Assembly: GCA_003345555.1 (NCBI GenBank)
Contig: PRDJ01000039.1
Span: forward strand, 30,001 to 62,000
Direction: 5' to 3'
From: Candidatus Thorarchaeota archaeon
GTDB taxonomy: Archaea > Asgardarchaeota > Thorarchaeia > Thorarchaeales > Thorarchaeaceae
Length of the DNA: 32,000 nt
Part shown: positions 8,328 through 17,349 of the stretch, piece by piece
How positions within the stretch are numbered: the stretch's first letter is position 1
Layout of the letters: every line of letters begins with the position of its first letter
The notes under the pieces: generated by a model
What the model saw: only the letters and a program-made list of their open reading frames with translations
The model's database searches: none
What the model was told of the DNA's origin: nothing
Translations under genes and position numbers: made by a program

Positions 8328-8843
8328 GTGTTAGACCTGCCTGCACAACTGACTGTCGATTACACCAAGTGCACTGGATGTAGAATCTGCGAGCTAGCTT
8401 GCAGTGCGAAGAAGGAGGGCCTCTTCAACCCCGCTCTTGCCCGTCTCAAGATAGTCCGTTACGACGACTTAGGGATGGACATTCCCAATGTGTGTGGCCC
8501 CTGTGATGAGGCTCCTTGTGTTGATATTTGTCCCGTCTATGCGATGCGGCGCGACCCCCTCTCAAGAATGACGTATCTGGATGAGGACAAGTGTATCCTC
8601 TGCAAGTCCTGTGCCGGGGTATGTGTCAACGGTGTGATTAAGCTGGACACCTCACGAATGAGAATTATAAAGTGTGACCACTGTGGAGGCGATCCTGAGT
8701 GCGCCAAGGCCTGTCCGACAGGTGCCATACAATATGGCTCCATTTCTCAATCGACCATCAGGGGTCGGCATGGTAAGATGATACACTACCTCAAGGAGAT
8801 AGAGCGGACTGCGTTAGCAGAACAAACCGATGGGGAGAAGTAA
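8328..8843 (+). CDS. Multi-[4Fe-4S] ferredoxin-like protein (DmsB/NrfC-like), AOR partner subunit (171 aa)
   Basis: Four Cys groups: CTGCRICELAC, CGPCDEAPCVDIC, CILCKSCAGVC, CDHCGGDPECAKAC; overlaps the aor start by 14 nt. Confidence 0.92.
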   Translation: MLDLPAQLTVDYTKCTGCRICELACSAKKEGLFNPALARLKIVRYDDLGMDIPNVCGPCDEAPCVDICPVYAMRRDPLSRMTYLDEDKCILCKSCAGVCVNGVIKLDTSRMRIIKCDHCGGDPECAKACPTGAIQYGSISQSTIRGRHGKMIHYLKEIERTALAEQTDGEK

Positions 8844-10746
8844 CGTGCAAGTCGGAGGATATGCTGGGAAGATCCTGAGGGTAAACTTGACCGATAGCAG
8901 TTTTCATGTGGAGCCCTTGCCGTCAGAATGGGTCCGCGAATATGTAGGGGGAGATGGCTTCGCGGCAAGGATGCTCTTCTCGGAATTGAAGCCGAGAATA
9001 GACCCACTTGGCGAAGACAACAAGCTGATAATCGCCACAGGCCCGGTCACTGGCACGTTGTGGCCCATGAGCGGTCGGACTGTATTTGTATCGAAGGCGC
9101 CTCTGACAGGGATATGGGGAGAGAGTCATGTCGGCGGCTTTCTCGGACCTGAACTCAAGTATGCGGGATACGACCTTCTGGTTGTGGAGGGTAGGTCCGA
9201 TGAGCCCGTTTACATTTCAATCGAGGACTCGGACCTCGAGCTGATGAAAGCAGCCGAGTTATGGGGTCTGAAGACAAATGAGGCTACAGCCGCCATCAAA
9301 GGAAGGCATTCAGATCCAGACACCCAAGTGGCTGCCATCGGGCCGGCTGGGGAACGCCTTGTGAGATTCGCATCGGTAATAGTGAACAACGCACGGGCGG
9401 CCGGAAGGACTGGCATGGGCGCAGTCCTGGGCTCGAAGAAGGTGAAAGCCATCGCAGTAAGAGGGCATAAGGCACTCGAGGTCAGTGATCACGATGAATT
9501 CGTTAGACTTGCGAAGGCCGCACATAAGCGAGTTCGGGAGAACGGTCAAGCCAGAGAGATGCACAAGTGGGGCACCTGGATTCTGACTTCAGTTAAGCAG
9601 ACGATTGGGGAACTGCCCACATACAACCATCGTACTGGTGTGTTCGACGGCTGGGAGAAACTCAGCGGCGAATACATACGACCAAGGTACACAATTTCAG
9701 ATAGGGCTTGTTTCGGCTGCAGTCTAGGCTGCAAGAAGGTCAACTACGTTCGCGAGGGACCGTATGCCGGGACGTTTGGGGAAGGGCCTGAATATGAAGG
9801 TCTGATGTCATTTGGTAGCCTGTTAGGTATCGCAGACTTTCCGACCGCTTTGAAAGCAAATCAATTATGCAACGGACTCGGTCTTGACATGATCTCCACA
9901 GGAGCCACAATCGCGTTCGCAATCGAGGCGTTTGAGAATGGCGCTATCGATGAAAGCATCGCGGATGGGATGAAACTGGAATGGGGCAACAGTGAGCAGG
10001 CTCTGCGACTGCTTGAGATGATAGCCAAGAAGGAGGGCATTGGCAAGCTGTTGGCAGAAGGAAGCAGAGCGGCGGCCAAGAGCATCGGTCATGGAAGCGA
10101 CAAGTACGCAATCCACGTTAAGGGGCTCGAGATGTCAGGCCAAGACGGTCGAACTCACCGGAGCATAGGCCTGTCTCATGCCACTGCGGCCCGCGGGGCC
10201 GACCACCTTCGGAGTCTCGTGACCGTCGATCAGCTTGGATATCAGGAAGTGGCTGCCAAGAGATGGGGTCGCGACAAGCTGCCGGAGATAGTTGATCCCT
10301 ACACAGAGAAGTACAAGGCTGCTGCTGTCGTAGAGACTGAGAATGTGTACTGCATCAGGGACTCGATGATTGTCTGTTGGTATTCGGTGTCATGGCCTCC
10401 AATCTTCTGGCTTGATGATTTTGCGCAAGTGCTGCCAGTTGTGACGGGGGTCGATTCACTCGGGTCTACAGATGAGTTGCACAAGATTGCTGAGCGTCAA
10501 GTAACGCTGAAGCGGCTGTTCAATGCCCGAGAAGGCATTGACAGGAAGGACGATCGATTGCCCACCAGATTCACAGAAGAACCGATGCCCGAAGGTCCCG
10601 GGAGAGGACAGAGAGTGAATCTTGAGCCCATGCTGAACGACTACTACAAGCTGCGCGGATGGAACCTGAAGAACGGACTCCCCACAGACGAGACCCTGCA
10701 AAGGCTATCACTTGAGTGGACTCGCACTGGCGTTCGACGGGAGTAG
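8830..10746 (+). CDS. aor: Tungsten-type aldehyde:ferredoxin oxidoreductase family protein (638 aa)
   Basis: GYAGKILRVNLT, SKAPLTG, ESHVGG, GRTGMGAVLGSKKVKAI, CFGCSLGC, GPEYE, CNGLGLDMIS, RGADHL, FNAREG, YYKLRGW. Confidence 0.94.
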   Translation: MGRSNVQVGGYAGKILRVNLTDSSFHVEPLPSEWVREYVGGDGFAARMLFSELKPRIDPLGEDNKLIIATGPVTGTLWPMSGRTVFVSKAPLTGIWGESHVGGFLGPELKYAGYDLLVVEGRSDEPVYISIEDSDLELMKAAELWGLKTNEATAAIKGRHSDPDTQVAAIGPAGERLVRFASVIVNNARAAGRTGMGAVLGSKKVKAIAVRGHKALEVSDHDEFVRLAKAAHKRVRENGQAREMHKWGTWILTSVKQTIGELPTYNHRTGVFDGWEKLSGEYIRPRYTISDRACFGCSLGCKKVNYVREGPYAGTFGEGPEYEGLMSFGSLLGIADFPTALKANQLCNGLGLDMISTGATIAFAIEAFENGAIDESIADGMKLEWGNSEQALRLLEMIAKKEGIGKLLAEGSRAAAKSIGHGSDKYAIHVKGLEMSGQDGRTHRSIGLSHATAARGADHLRSLVTVDQLGYQEVAAKRWGRDKLPEIVDPYTEKYKAAAVVETENVYCIRDSMIVCWYSVSWPPIFWLDDFAQVLPVVTGVDSLGSTDELHKIAERQVTLKRLFNAREGIDRKDDRLPTRFTEEPMPEGPGRGQRVNLEPMLNDYYKLRGWNLKNGLPTDETLQRLSLEWTRTGVRRE

Positions 10747-10836
10747 GCATTCCCCGCCGACCGAATAGGATATAGACAAGCGCTCGTATCTGTAAACAGG
10801 CATTTTTAGCATGCCATCAGGGAGAGATATGTGATT

Positions 10837-13032
10837 ATGGCAAACAAGAACATAGTAGTATCGCTGTTTGTAGTGTTCTTGGTTGCTTCGTTTGCTGCCT
10901 TTGCACAGACAACACTCCCACAATCAAACAATAACACTCAAACCATCGCTGAGCCAATTGGCTATCGTGCGCTTGCTGATTGGTCCGGATCAAGTGCTCT
11001 GATGCGGGAATACTTACTACCCGCAGGTAGTCCGGCCACCACCTACGTGCCATCAGCAGGTCCGAGCTATCCGACGGCCATAACGTACGATGCCAATGGT
11101 TTCATCTGGTTCACAGACATCTTCAACAACAGGGTTTATCGTCTGACACCGGCGACAGCAATCAACCAAACGTCTACTACAGCTTTGAAGTGGCAACTGC
11201 CTCTCTTTTTGAACATGACACGCGGTCCTGCACACATCATCGTTGATGATGCTCATACCTCCGTGTGGTTCACCGACTACGTCAGCATGCAGATTAGCTG
11301 CCTCAATTGGACAACCAATCTGCTCAGGGATTGGACTATCCCAAGGAACCTGAACATTCATCCATGGGATCTGCTTATGGACCCGGCAACCGGTCACATC
11401 TGGTTCACTGGGCTCAATTCATCTAGGTTCTGTGAGTTAATTCCACCCAATAATGCGCTAATCATCTACAACTTGATAGTCATGGGTGACACAGGCGGGC
11501 CACTACCTGTGAGTCTTGCCGAAATGAAGCCAAATGGGCCGAGATTCTACATGACGGACTTCCGTCTTGACTTTCTCTACAGGGTTCAGTTCATGAACCC
11601 TGGAGCAGGTGCCTCGGTCTTCCCACTCGTGCCTGGTGGCTCTAGCTTGGCGCTTGTCCTAGATAGCAAGCAAGACGTATGGGTTAGTCAACCTGCAAGT
11701 GACTTTGTGAATGAGCAGCTCACTGGCAGCAATTACAAGAAGACAGGAAGCATAACCTCAATGGGAACAACACTGGAGGATGACATGAATGTTGTTGCCC
11801 CCAACTCGGTAAATATCCCCATTCACATTACTCCAGTAAGAGCCGCGGAATACACGACTCCCCCTCAGGTCATAGGTGATCCGTTGAACGTATGGAACGT
11901 TCCTTCCTCACCATCGGGGCCCTGGGGAATTGACACCGATACCAACGATAGCGCATGGTACGCCGAATACACAGGGAATCAAATCGGAATGATAACTCCT
12001 TCGACCAACAAGACACTTGAGTTCATGGTTCCGACAACTAATTCCCACCCGCTCTACCTCACTGTGCCACGCTTCGGCATGCCACCCTATGCGACGCACG
12101 TATGGTTCACGGAGTTTACGGGCGGGAAGGTCGGTGAGCTTTTCACTGGCACCTTTGTGGACGTTCGGGCAGCACCATCCATTCCGCCACAGTATCCTCC
12201 TCCGAATCCTGGCTCCATTCGTTGGACTGCTGAGCCCGGAGCCGAGATATGGATTGACGCACCCAGCAACGGATTTAGCTCTGCACACCATGACATCCCT
12301 GAGAGAGGCGTTGTGAACCATCTGTACGCTCGTGTGGCGAACTTGGGCTTCTCTGCAGCCACCAACATCAATGTGAAGTTCTATTACCACAACATGTCCG
12401 TGGCGTTTGCGGAGTTCGTCCCATTGCCGCCATCTACGCCATCGGTTACTGTGTGGTTCCCGATAGGTAGTACGACGATAGCATCATTGGCACCCAGTCT
12501 CTCTACAGACGTGTATGTGGAGTGGACAATCAACTCAACAGTGCCCGACCACTTCTGCATAGGCGTCCAAGTGTATACTTCAGGCGACATCAACCTGTAT
12601 GACAACGTTGCCTATCGGAACTTCGAGATATTCAGCGTCCTTGCAGGTGTCCCCACTACACTCTACCTGCCAGTCTGGGCCACCAACTTCCTGAATGCGA
12701 CTGGCACGCTGAGCGTGTCATTGTCCGGTGTTCCAGATGGCTGGACTGCAGTTGTCAAACCCAACGGCGTTTCTGTAGGACCGGGCAAGTCTACGCTACT
12801 GAACCTCACTATCCAAGTGCCTTCATCCGCAAAGGCTGGCATGCGTGCGGTGATAGAGGTCACGGGCATGATCGATGGAACCACGACTGGAATGCTCTGG
12901 GTTGAAGTCGATGTCGTTGCTCAGACCACTACACAGACGCCGCCAATCAGTACGCTTGATGTGGGTTTCTTGGCAGGTGGATTCGTAGCGGGCGTTGTGT
13001 TGATGCTACTGATACGCAGACGCGGAAAGTAA
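10837..13032 (+). CDS. Secreted, C-terminally membrane-anchored surface protein: Vgb-like beta-propeller plus Ig-like (CARDB/NEW3-like) domains (731 aa)
   Basis: N-terminal signal peptide (MANKNIVVSLFVVFLVASFAAFA); repeats of P..I..D..G.[IV]WF[TA][DE]; VNHLYARVANLG and LSVSLSGVPDGWTAVV Ig-like segments; Thr/Pro linker, hydrophobic helix, RRRGK tail; at least 11 N-X-S/T sequons. Confidence 0.85.
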   Translation: MANKNIVVSLFVVFLVASFAAFAQTTLPQSNNNTQTIAEPIGYRALADWSGSSALMREYLLPAGSPATTYVPSAGPSYPTAITYDANGFIWFTDIFNNRVYRLTPATAINQTSTTALKWQLPLFLNMTRGPAHIIVDDAHTSVWFTDYVSMQISCLNWTTNLLRDWTIPRNLNIHPWDLLMDPATGHIWFTGLNSSRFCELIPPNNALIIYNLIVMGDTGGPLPVSLAEMKPNGPRFYMTDFRLDFLYRVQFMNPGAGASVFPLVPGGSSLALVLDSKQDVWVSQPASDFVNEQLTGSNYKKTGSITSMGTTLEDDMNVVAPNSVNIPIHITPVRAAEYTTPPQVIGDPLNVWNVPSSPSGPWGIDTDTNDSAWYAEYTGNQIGMITPSTNKTLEFMVPTTNSHPLYLTVPRFGMPPYATHVWFTEFTGGKVGELFTGTFVDVRAAPSIPPQYPPPNPGSIRWTAEPGAEIWIDAPSNGFSSAHHDIPERGVVNHLYARVANLGFSAATNINVKFYYHNMSVAFAEFVPLPPSTPSVTVWFPIGSTTIASLAPSLSTDVYVEWTINSTVPDHFCIGVQVYTSGDINLYDNVAYRNFEIFSVLAGVPTTLYLPVWATNFLNATGTLSVSLSGVPDGWTAVVKPNGVSVGPGKSTLLNLTIQVPSSAKAGMRAVIEVTGMIDGTTTGMLWVEVDVVAQTTTQTPPISTLDVGFLAGGFVAGVVLMLLIRRRGK

Positions 13033-13040
13033 CAACCTTT

Positions 13041-13082
13041 GGGTTAGGAATTGACGTTCCTGACCCCCTCTCTTTCTTTTCT
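13041..13082 (+). terminator. Hairpin plus pyrimidine tract after the surface-protein gene
   Basis: GGGTTAGGAA (13041-13050) / TTCCTGACCC (13057-13066): 10-bp stem with one G-U, then CCTCTCTTTCTTTTCT. Confidence 0.65.
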
Positions 13083-13202
13083 AACTCCTTCACTAGCTAA
13101 TACGGAGATAATGCCGGGATTGGTGTCCCGGTCTTGACACGCCTCGATTGGTCAGCAGAGAGTTACCGATGAGGCCTCTGCCTGATTCTATGACAAACCA
13201 GC

Positions 13203-13421
13203 CTAGGCGCCTGGGCGAGCAATCGAAAGGTAAAGTACATCCTCATACCCGAGAATGCCGTATCCGGACGGGTTCTCGAGCTTGACGTAGTCATCATAGA
13301 CCTCGCTCACGCGCACGTTCGGTATCTTGGCTAGTGTATCTTTCTGCATATAACGCAGGTAAACGGTGAAGACCTGCCCGCTGCTCTTCATCTCCTCGAA
13401 TATAATCCTCCAGTTCGGCAT
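13203..13421 (-). CDS. Small protein (72 aa, MPNWRIIFEEMK...), possible Sm/Hfq-like beta-barrel
   Basis: GAGGA RBS 7 nt upstream of ATG 13421; N-terminal helix followed by short beta strands, spaced as in Hfq/Lsm. Fold call is inference. Confidence 0.7.
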   Translation of the reverse strand: MPNWRIIFEEMKSSGQVFTVYLRYMQKDTLAKIPNVRVSEVYDDYVKLENPSGYGILGYEDVLYLSIARPGA

Positions 13422-13657
13422 TCTAGAATCCTCTGAACAAAAACTGCGTAGATATGGGCATTTAATGCTTGCTCCCAAGATTGGCGCCGTATCTCTTTAA
13501 TCAGCTAGGCCTTCTTGCAGGTCGCGACACGGTCCAGATTAGCGTGAATCGATTTCCGCCTGACCTGAGTCACTGCAAACGATTCAACCAAAATACGTCT
13601 CAGGAACGAACAGTCGATAGCGTCATAAGGGCCCTAACCGTCCCTCAATGCTTGAGC

Positions 13658-14605
13658 ATGCTCTTCTCAGAGATAACCCCTGGCGTCCACTCCGTAAGAG
13701 GGAAGTTCGCTCCGGAATTTGGCTTCATCTCAAGCTACTTGGTCGTAGAAGGTGAGGAAGTTCTCGTTATTGATCCGGGTACTGTGGGGGACCCAGGGGA
13801 AGACATTCTGAAGGCAATCGACTCCCTTGGAATGAAACCAAAGCGCTGTGTTGTAGGCATCTTGTGCACTCACGGTCACCCTGATCACATTGGAGGTGTC
13901 TCTAGGCTGCGAAGAGCAACCGGCGCCCCGGTAATGATTCACAGCGGGGACAAGGAGCTTCTCGAGAGACCTGAGACGTTTCCTCGAGAACGGCTTAGAT
14001 TGAATTTCGCGGGACGTCTTGCTATGAAGGTTGACCGAAGCCCTCTCCGGGTAAACTATGCCGGGCAGAAACCTGACCGTATTCTGAGCCAAGGCGATCA
14101 GATAGATGTGGGCGCGGTTTCTCTCAAGGTGATTCATACCGGGGGCCACTCAGCAGGGCACTGTATGTTCTTCGACCCCGACAGAAAGATACTCTTCTCG
14201 GGCGATGAGCTGAACAACTTCCCAAATGAGCCCCGGAGGTTCTATGTCGATCTCAGCGGCAGTCTCACAACCAAGCTCTCAGCGATTGAGCGTCTCTCTT
14301 CCATGGAGATTGACTATATACTTCCTAGCCACGACGTGCCTCATGTATTGGACGATGCCAAGCCCCAACTAGACGAGATCAGGGAAGGAGTTGTCCAGTT
14401 TCTCGACTTGCTTCTAGAACACTTGGGCTCTAGAGGTGAAGCCGACATAGAACAGCTCGCATTTGATTTGGCGCAAAGCAAGGCAGTGCCGATTCCCGAG
14501 GTACTGAATTCTCTTCTTCCAACGACAATCCAAGTTGCACTAAGTGACCTGATGAGAGCTGGGCTGGTCAGGGTCAACGCAGACGGGGTATGGAGTCCAA
14601 GATAG
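13658..14605 (+). CDS. Metallo-beta-lactamase-fold hydrolase (315 aa) with a C-terminal wHTH-like extension
   Basis: IDPG, THGHPDHIGG (HxHxDH), TGGHSAGH, FSGD, LPSHD. Start moved from 13469 to ATG 13658, where the family N-terminus (EITPGVHSV) begins. Confidence 0.92.
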   Translation: MLFSEITPGVHSVRGKFAPEFGFISSYLVVEGEEVLVIDPGTVGDPGEDILKAIDSLGMKPKRCVVGILCTHGHPDHIGGVSRLRRATGAPVMIHSGDKELLERPETFPRERLRLNFAGRLAMKVDRSPLRVNYAGQKPDRILSQGDQIDVGAVSLKVIHTGGHSAGHCMFFDPDRKILFSGDELNNFPNEPRRFYVDLSGSLTTKLSAIERLSSMEIDYILPSHDVPHVLDDAKPQLDEIREGVVQFLDLLLEHLGSRGEADIEQLAFDLAQSKAVPIPEVLNSLLPTTIQVALSDLMRAGLVRVNADGVWSPR

Positions 14606-14747
14606 GGTCCGAGTGCCTTACAACCGAGCTATGTTCAAAAGAAACCTGCTTCTCTTCTGATTTGTTGTGATACTCGTCCAGCGGGTGCACACTAGGTCGC
14701 GCATCAGCTGTGTCCTTGGTGACTAGGTGAACACAGGAGGCTAAATC

Positions 14748-17345
14748 GTGAGTCGAACGGGGAAGCCAAAGGCTGTGAGTGGAAGTACTATCGAGGCTAT
14801 TCGAATGGCGTCCGCATCGGTTCTGGGTTCCACGACCGGACATGGCTATCCAATCGGTGATGCGGTCGGTGTGGGCAGCATGATGGAGGCCAACTCTGAA
14901 GCTGTTGCAGGAAATGTGGCACCACTGATTCTCTCGGTAAGCACACCTTTGAAGGCCTCTGAAGAGCTTGAACTTCTGTCTATGGAGTGGGACCTCGAAA
15001 GGACGCCGGGACCCGAGATACTGCCTGAACAGCTCGTTGTTGCTGGGGGGTATGCCCGGGGTGTTAGTTCACATGTTTCCATGCTAACTTGGGAAAAGGG
15101 CATTGCGGATCCCTTCAATATCGAAGAACGAGTCGAGCTAATCTCAAAGAAGCTTGCTGACCTAGAAGCGGCAACATCGGCAAGCGGGCTCGGGGTTGAA
15201 AACGAAGGTCTAGCCGTCCTCCGTAAGTTCTCGGGCAGATTGAATCGGACTCTGTTCCTGGATATGTTAGATCGTCAGTTTCAGGGGTCTTGGAGTACGC
15301 TCAGGATCAAGCCTGAGGATGTCGATGTAGAACTTGTGATTAGGCAGAGCTATCGGAAGGATTTCACGACTATGCCTCCCGGTGTGAACATCTCCGAACG
15401 CTCAAGTCCTGAATTCTTGCTTCCAGATGCTGATGATGCTGCGCTAACGGAGCACTTCAAACACCGAATCCTGAGCCCAAGCGCAGTAAGAGCGCTGTCC
15501 GTTCAAGTGCCCGAAATCGGAAGGGCGATTCTCAAGGAAATGAACAGATATGCTTACAGCGGCGAGGAGGCTGATATAGCTCGAGCGCTTACGGCGGCGC
15601 TCGTCCGGTTCTTGGGCCGGACCGATATGCGATTTGCCGAACTGGACAGCATAGCGAAGGAAGCTGTCGATTTCACAAGCACTGCAAAGAACGCGATTAG
15701 GATCCTTGGAGATGCCGTAGAGCAGCATGTTTCCTCTGGTACGAGTCTTCGTCTAGCCGAGCACAAAGAGCGTCTTGATACTGCAGTTGAATCCTTAATC
15801 GTTAAGTTACCCAGCCCCACTCGCGATGTAGTGACTTGGTTCCTGCATGAAATGACCTCTGCCATGATGAAGTCTGCCGGAGGTGACCTGCCGGGTGAGG
15901 TCGAGTTCAAGGCTTGGCAACTCAAGAGCGCGACGGGATATTTCCTCACCTACGCTAGGAAAGTCAGCGACTACTTTGCTGAGCAGCTCTATCGTTTCCT
16001 CATCGTTTCATTCGCACGGGCAGGCATCATGAATTCGCTTCACAGTCTTCATCAGGAAATGCTTGAGAAGGGTCTGAGCCCCACAGATCTGGTATTGTTT
16101 AATATGCTCTATGATGAGCTTCTGTCAAAGTTCAAGTCGGCTCTTGGCCGACGGGCGTGCGAAGGAACGACAGAGCGCAACCCAGGCCAGCTCATGGTAG
16201 CAATAGTCCAAGAAATCGTCGATGAATTCTCACGGGATAATCCGCGGAACATGGCTCAGTTTAGGAACATGGTTCAGGTCGCACGTTCCGAGATAGAGGC
16301 AAAACACAAGGTCGAGGAGCGAGATGGCGTACAGGGTCTCGACCGACTAGGAGAAGCACTGTTGGTCCGACTCTCTGACCTTGAGACTCTCGTCACACAA
16401 ACGCTTCAGGATATTGCAGATACCCTTCTCAGCAAGAGATTCATCACTCAACTCGCAGATTTGACGACAACAGAGCAATCCAAATTGTCGGCCGAATTCA
16501 TCAGACTAGTCGAGCTGCAGGAAGGTAAGTCGGCGCAATGGAAGAGCGAAGCAAGAAAGATAGTAAACGATGCTCTGCAAGGAGCCGCCATGGGAAAGGG
16601 CACAGCCCCGAGGTTGCTTACGCTAACACAGAATCTACACGAGGCCATCCGTACCGGCCCTTCCACCGAGTCAGTCCTACAACGCGTGAAATCTGAAGCC
16701 GAGAGGCTCCAAGCAGAATACGAGCGCGAAGTCGAGGAGTGGGAGATAGCGTGTTCTCGGATAGAATCAGAGAACGTGCGTATTCGGGATGAGAATGAAA
16801 CAAGAGAAGGTCTCCTGAAGCAGGCAAGCGCTGACTATGCTCGCGAGACGGCTCAATATGAGCAATTGAAACAGGCATATGACCCGTCTACCGTCCCAGG
16901 TTCTCCTCCTGAACCGCCTGAAACCCTCGAGCAGCGTGTTCTTAGAATCGAGCGGGCGCATCCCGTACAGATGCCCAAGTCGATGCCCACGAAACCAGAG
17001 GCGCCTGAAGAGCTTCTCGTTGCTGATGAGCTGCGCGATACGATTGCCGCCAACATCGAGACAGCAAGCAGAGACGAAAAATCATTACAGAGTATTCTCA
17101 TAGATCGACTGAATTCCATGCGCGATCAACCGGCGAACCAGATGGGGGATCAGGTCGTCAATATCGCTGACGGATTTCATGAGTACCTATTGGAGTCAAC
17201 AATACGAAGCATCGGAAAGCTGCTGCCGCGTGCTTCACGGGTCTATCTTAAATCGCCTGAAGAACCCGACCTGATTTATCTCGTGAGCTACGAATACAAG
17301 AAGGACGAGATGATGGTTCAAATCGGCAGCAATTTCCTGAGGTGA
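14748..17345 (+). CDS. Large hypothetical protein (865 aa): N-terminal alpha/beta domain, long helical region, C-terminal coiled coil and Pro-rich segments
   Basis: 2.6-kb ORF; AGGAGG RBS (14735-14740) 7 nt before GTG; no catalytic motif recognised. Confidence 0.85.
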   Translation: MSRTGKPKAVSGSTIEAIRMASASVLGSTTGHGYPIGDAVGVGSMMEANSEAVAGNVAPLILSVSTPLKASEELELLSMEWDLERTPGPEILPEQLVVAGGYARGVSSHVSMLTWEKGIADPFNIEERVELISKKLADLEAATSASGLGVENEGLAVLRKFSGRLNRTLFLDMLDRQFQGSWSTLRIKPEDVDVELVIRQSYRKDFTTMPPGVNISERSSPEFLLPDADDAALTEHFKHRILSPSAVRALSVQVPEIGRAILKEMNRYAYSGEEADIARALTAALVRFLGRTDMRFAELDSIAKEAVDFTSTAKNAIRILGDAVEQHVSSGTSLRLAEHKERLDTAVESLIVKLPSPTRDVVTWFLHEMTSAMMKSAGGDLPGEVEFKAWQLKSATGYFLTYARKVSDYFAEQLYRFLIVSFARAGIMNSLHSLHQEMLEKGLSPTDLVLFNMLYDELLSKFKSALGRRACEGTTERNPGQLMVAIVQEIVDEFSRDNPRNMAQFRNMVQVARSEIEAKHKVEERDGVQGLDRLGEALLVRLSDLETLVTQTLQDIADTLLSKRFITQLADLTTTEQSKLSAEFIRLVELQEGKSAQWKSEARKIVNDALQGAAMGKGTAPRLLTLTQNLHEAIRTGPSTESVLQRVKSEAERLQAEYEREVEEWEIACSRIESENVRIRDENETREGLLKQASADYARETAQYEQLKQAYDPSTVPGSPPEPPETLEQRVLRIERAHPVQMPKSMPTKPEAPEELLVADELRDTIAANIETASRDEKSLQSILIDRLNSMRDQPANQMGDQVVNIADGFHEYLLESTIRSIGKLLPRASRVYLKSPEEPDLIYLVSYEYKKDEMMVQIGSNFLR

Positions 17346-17349
17346 TTCA

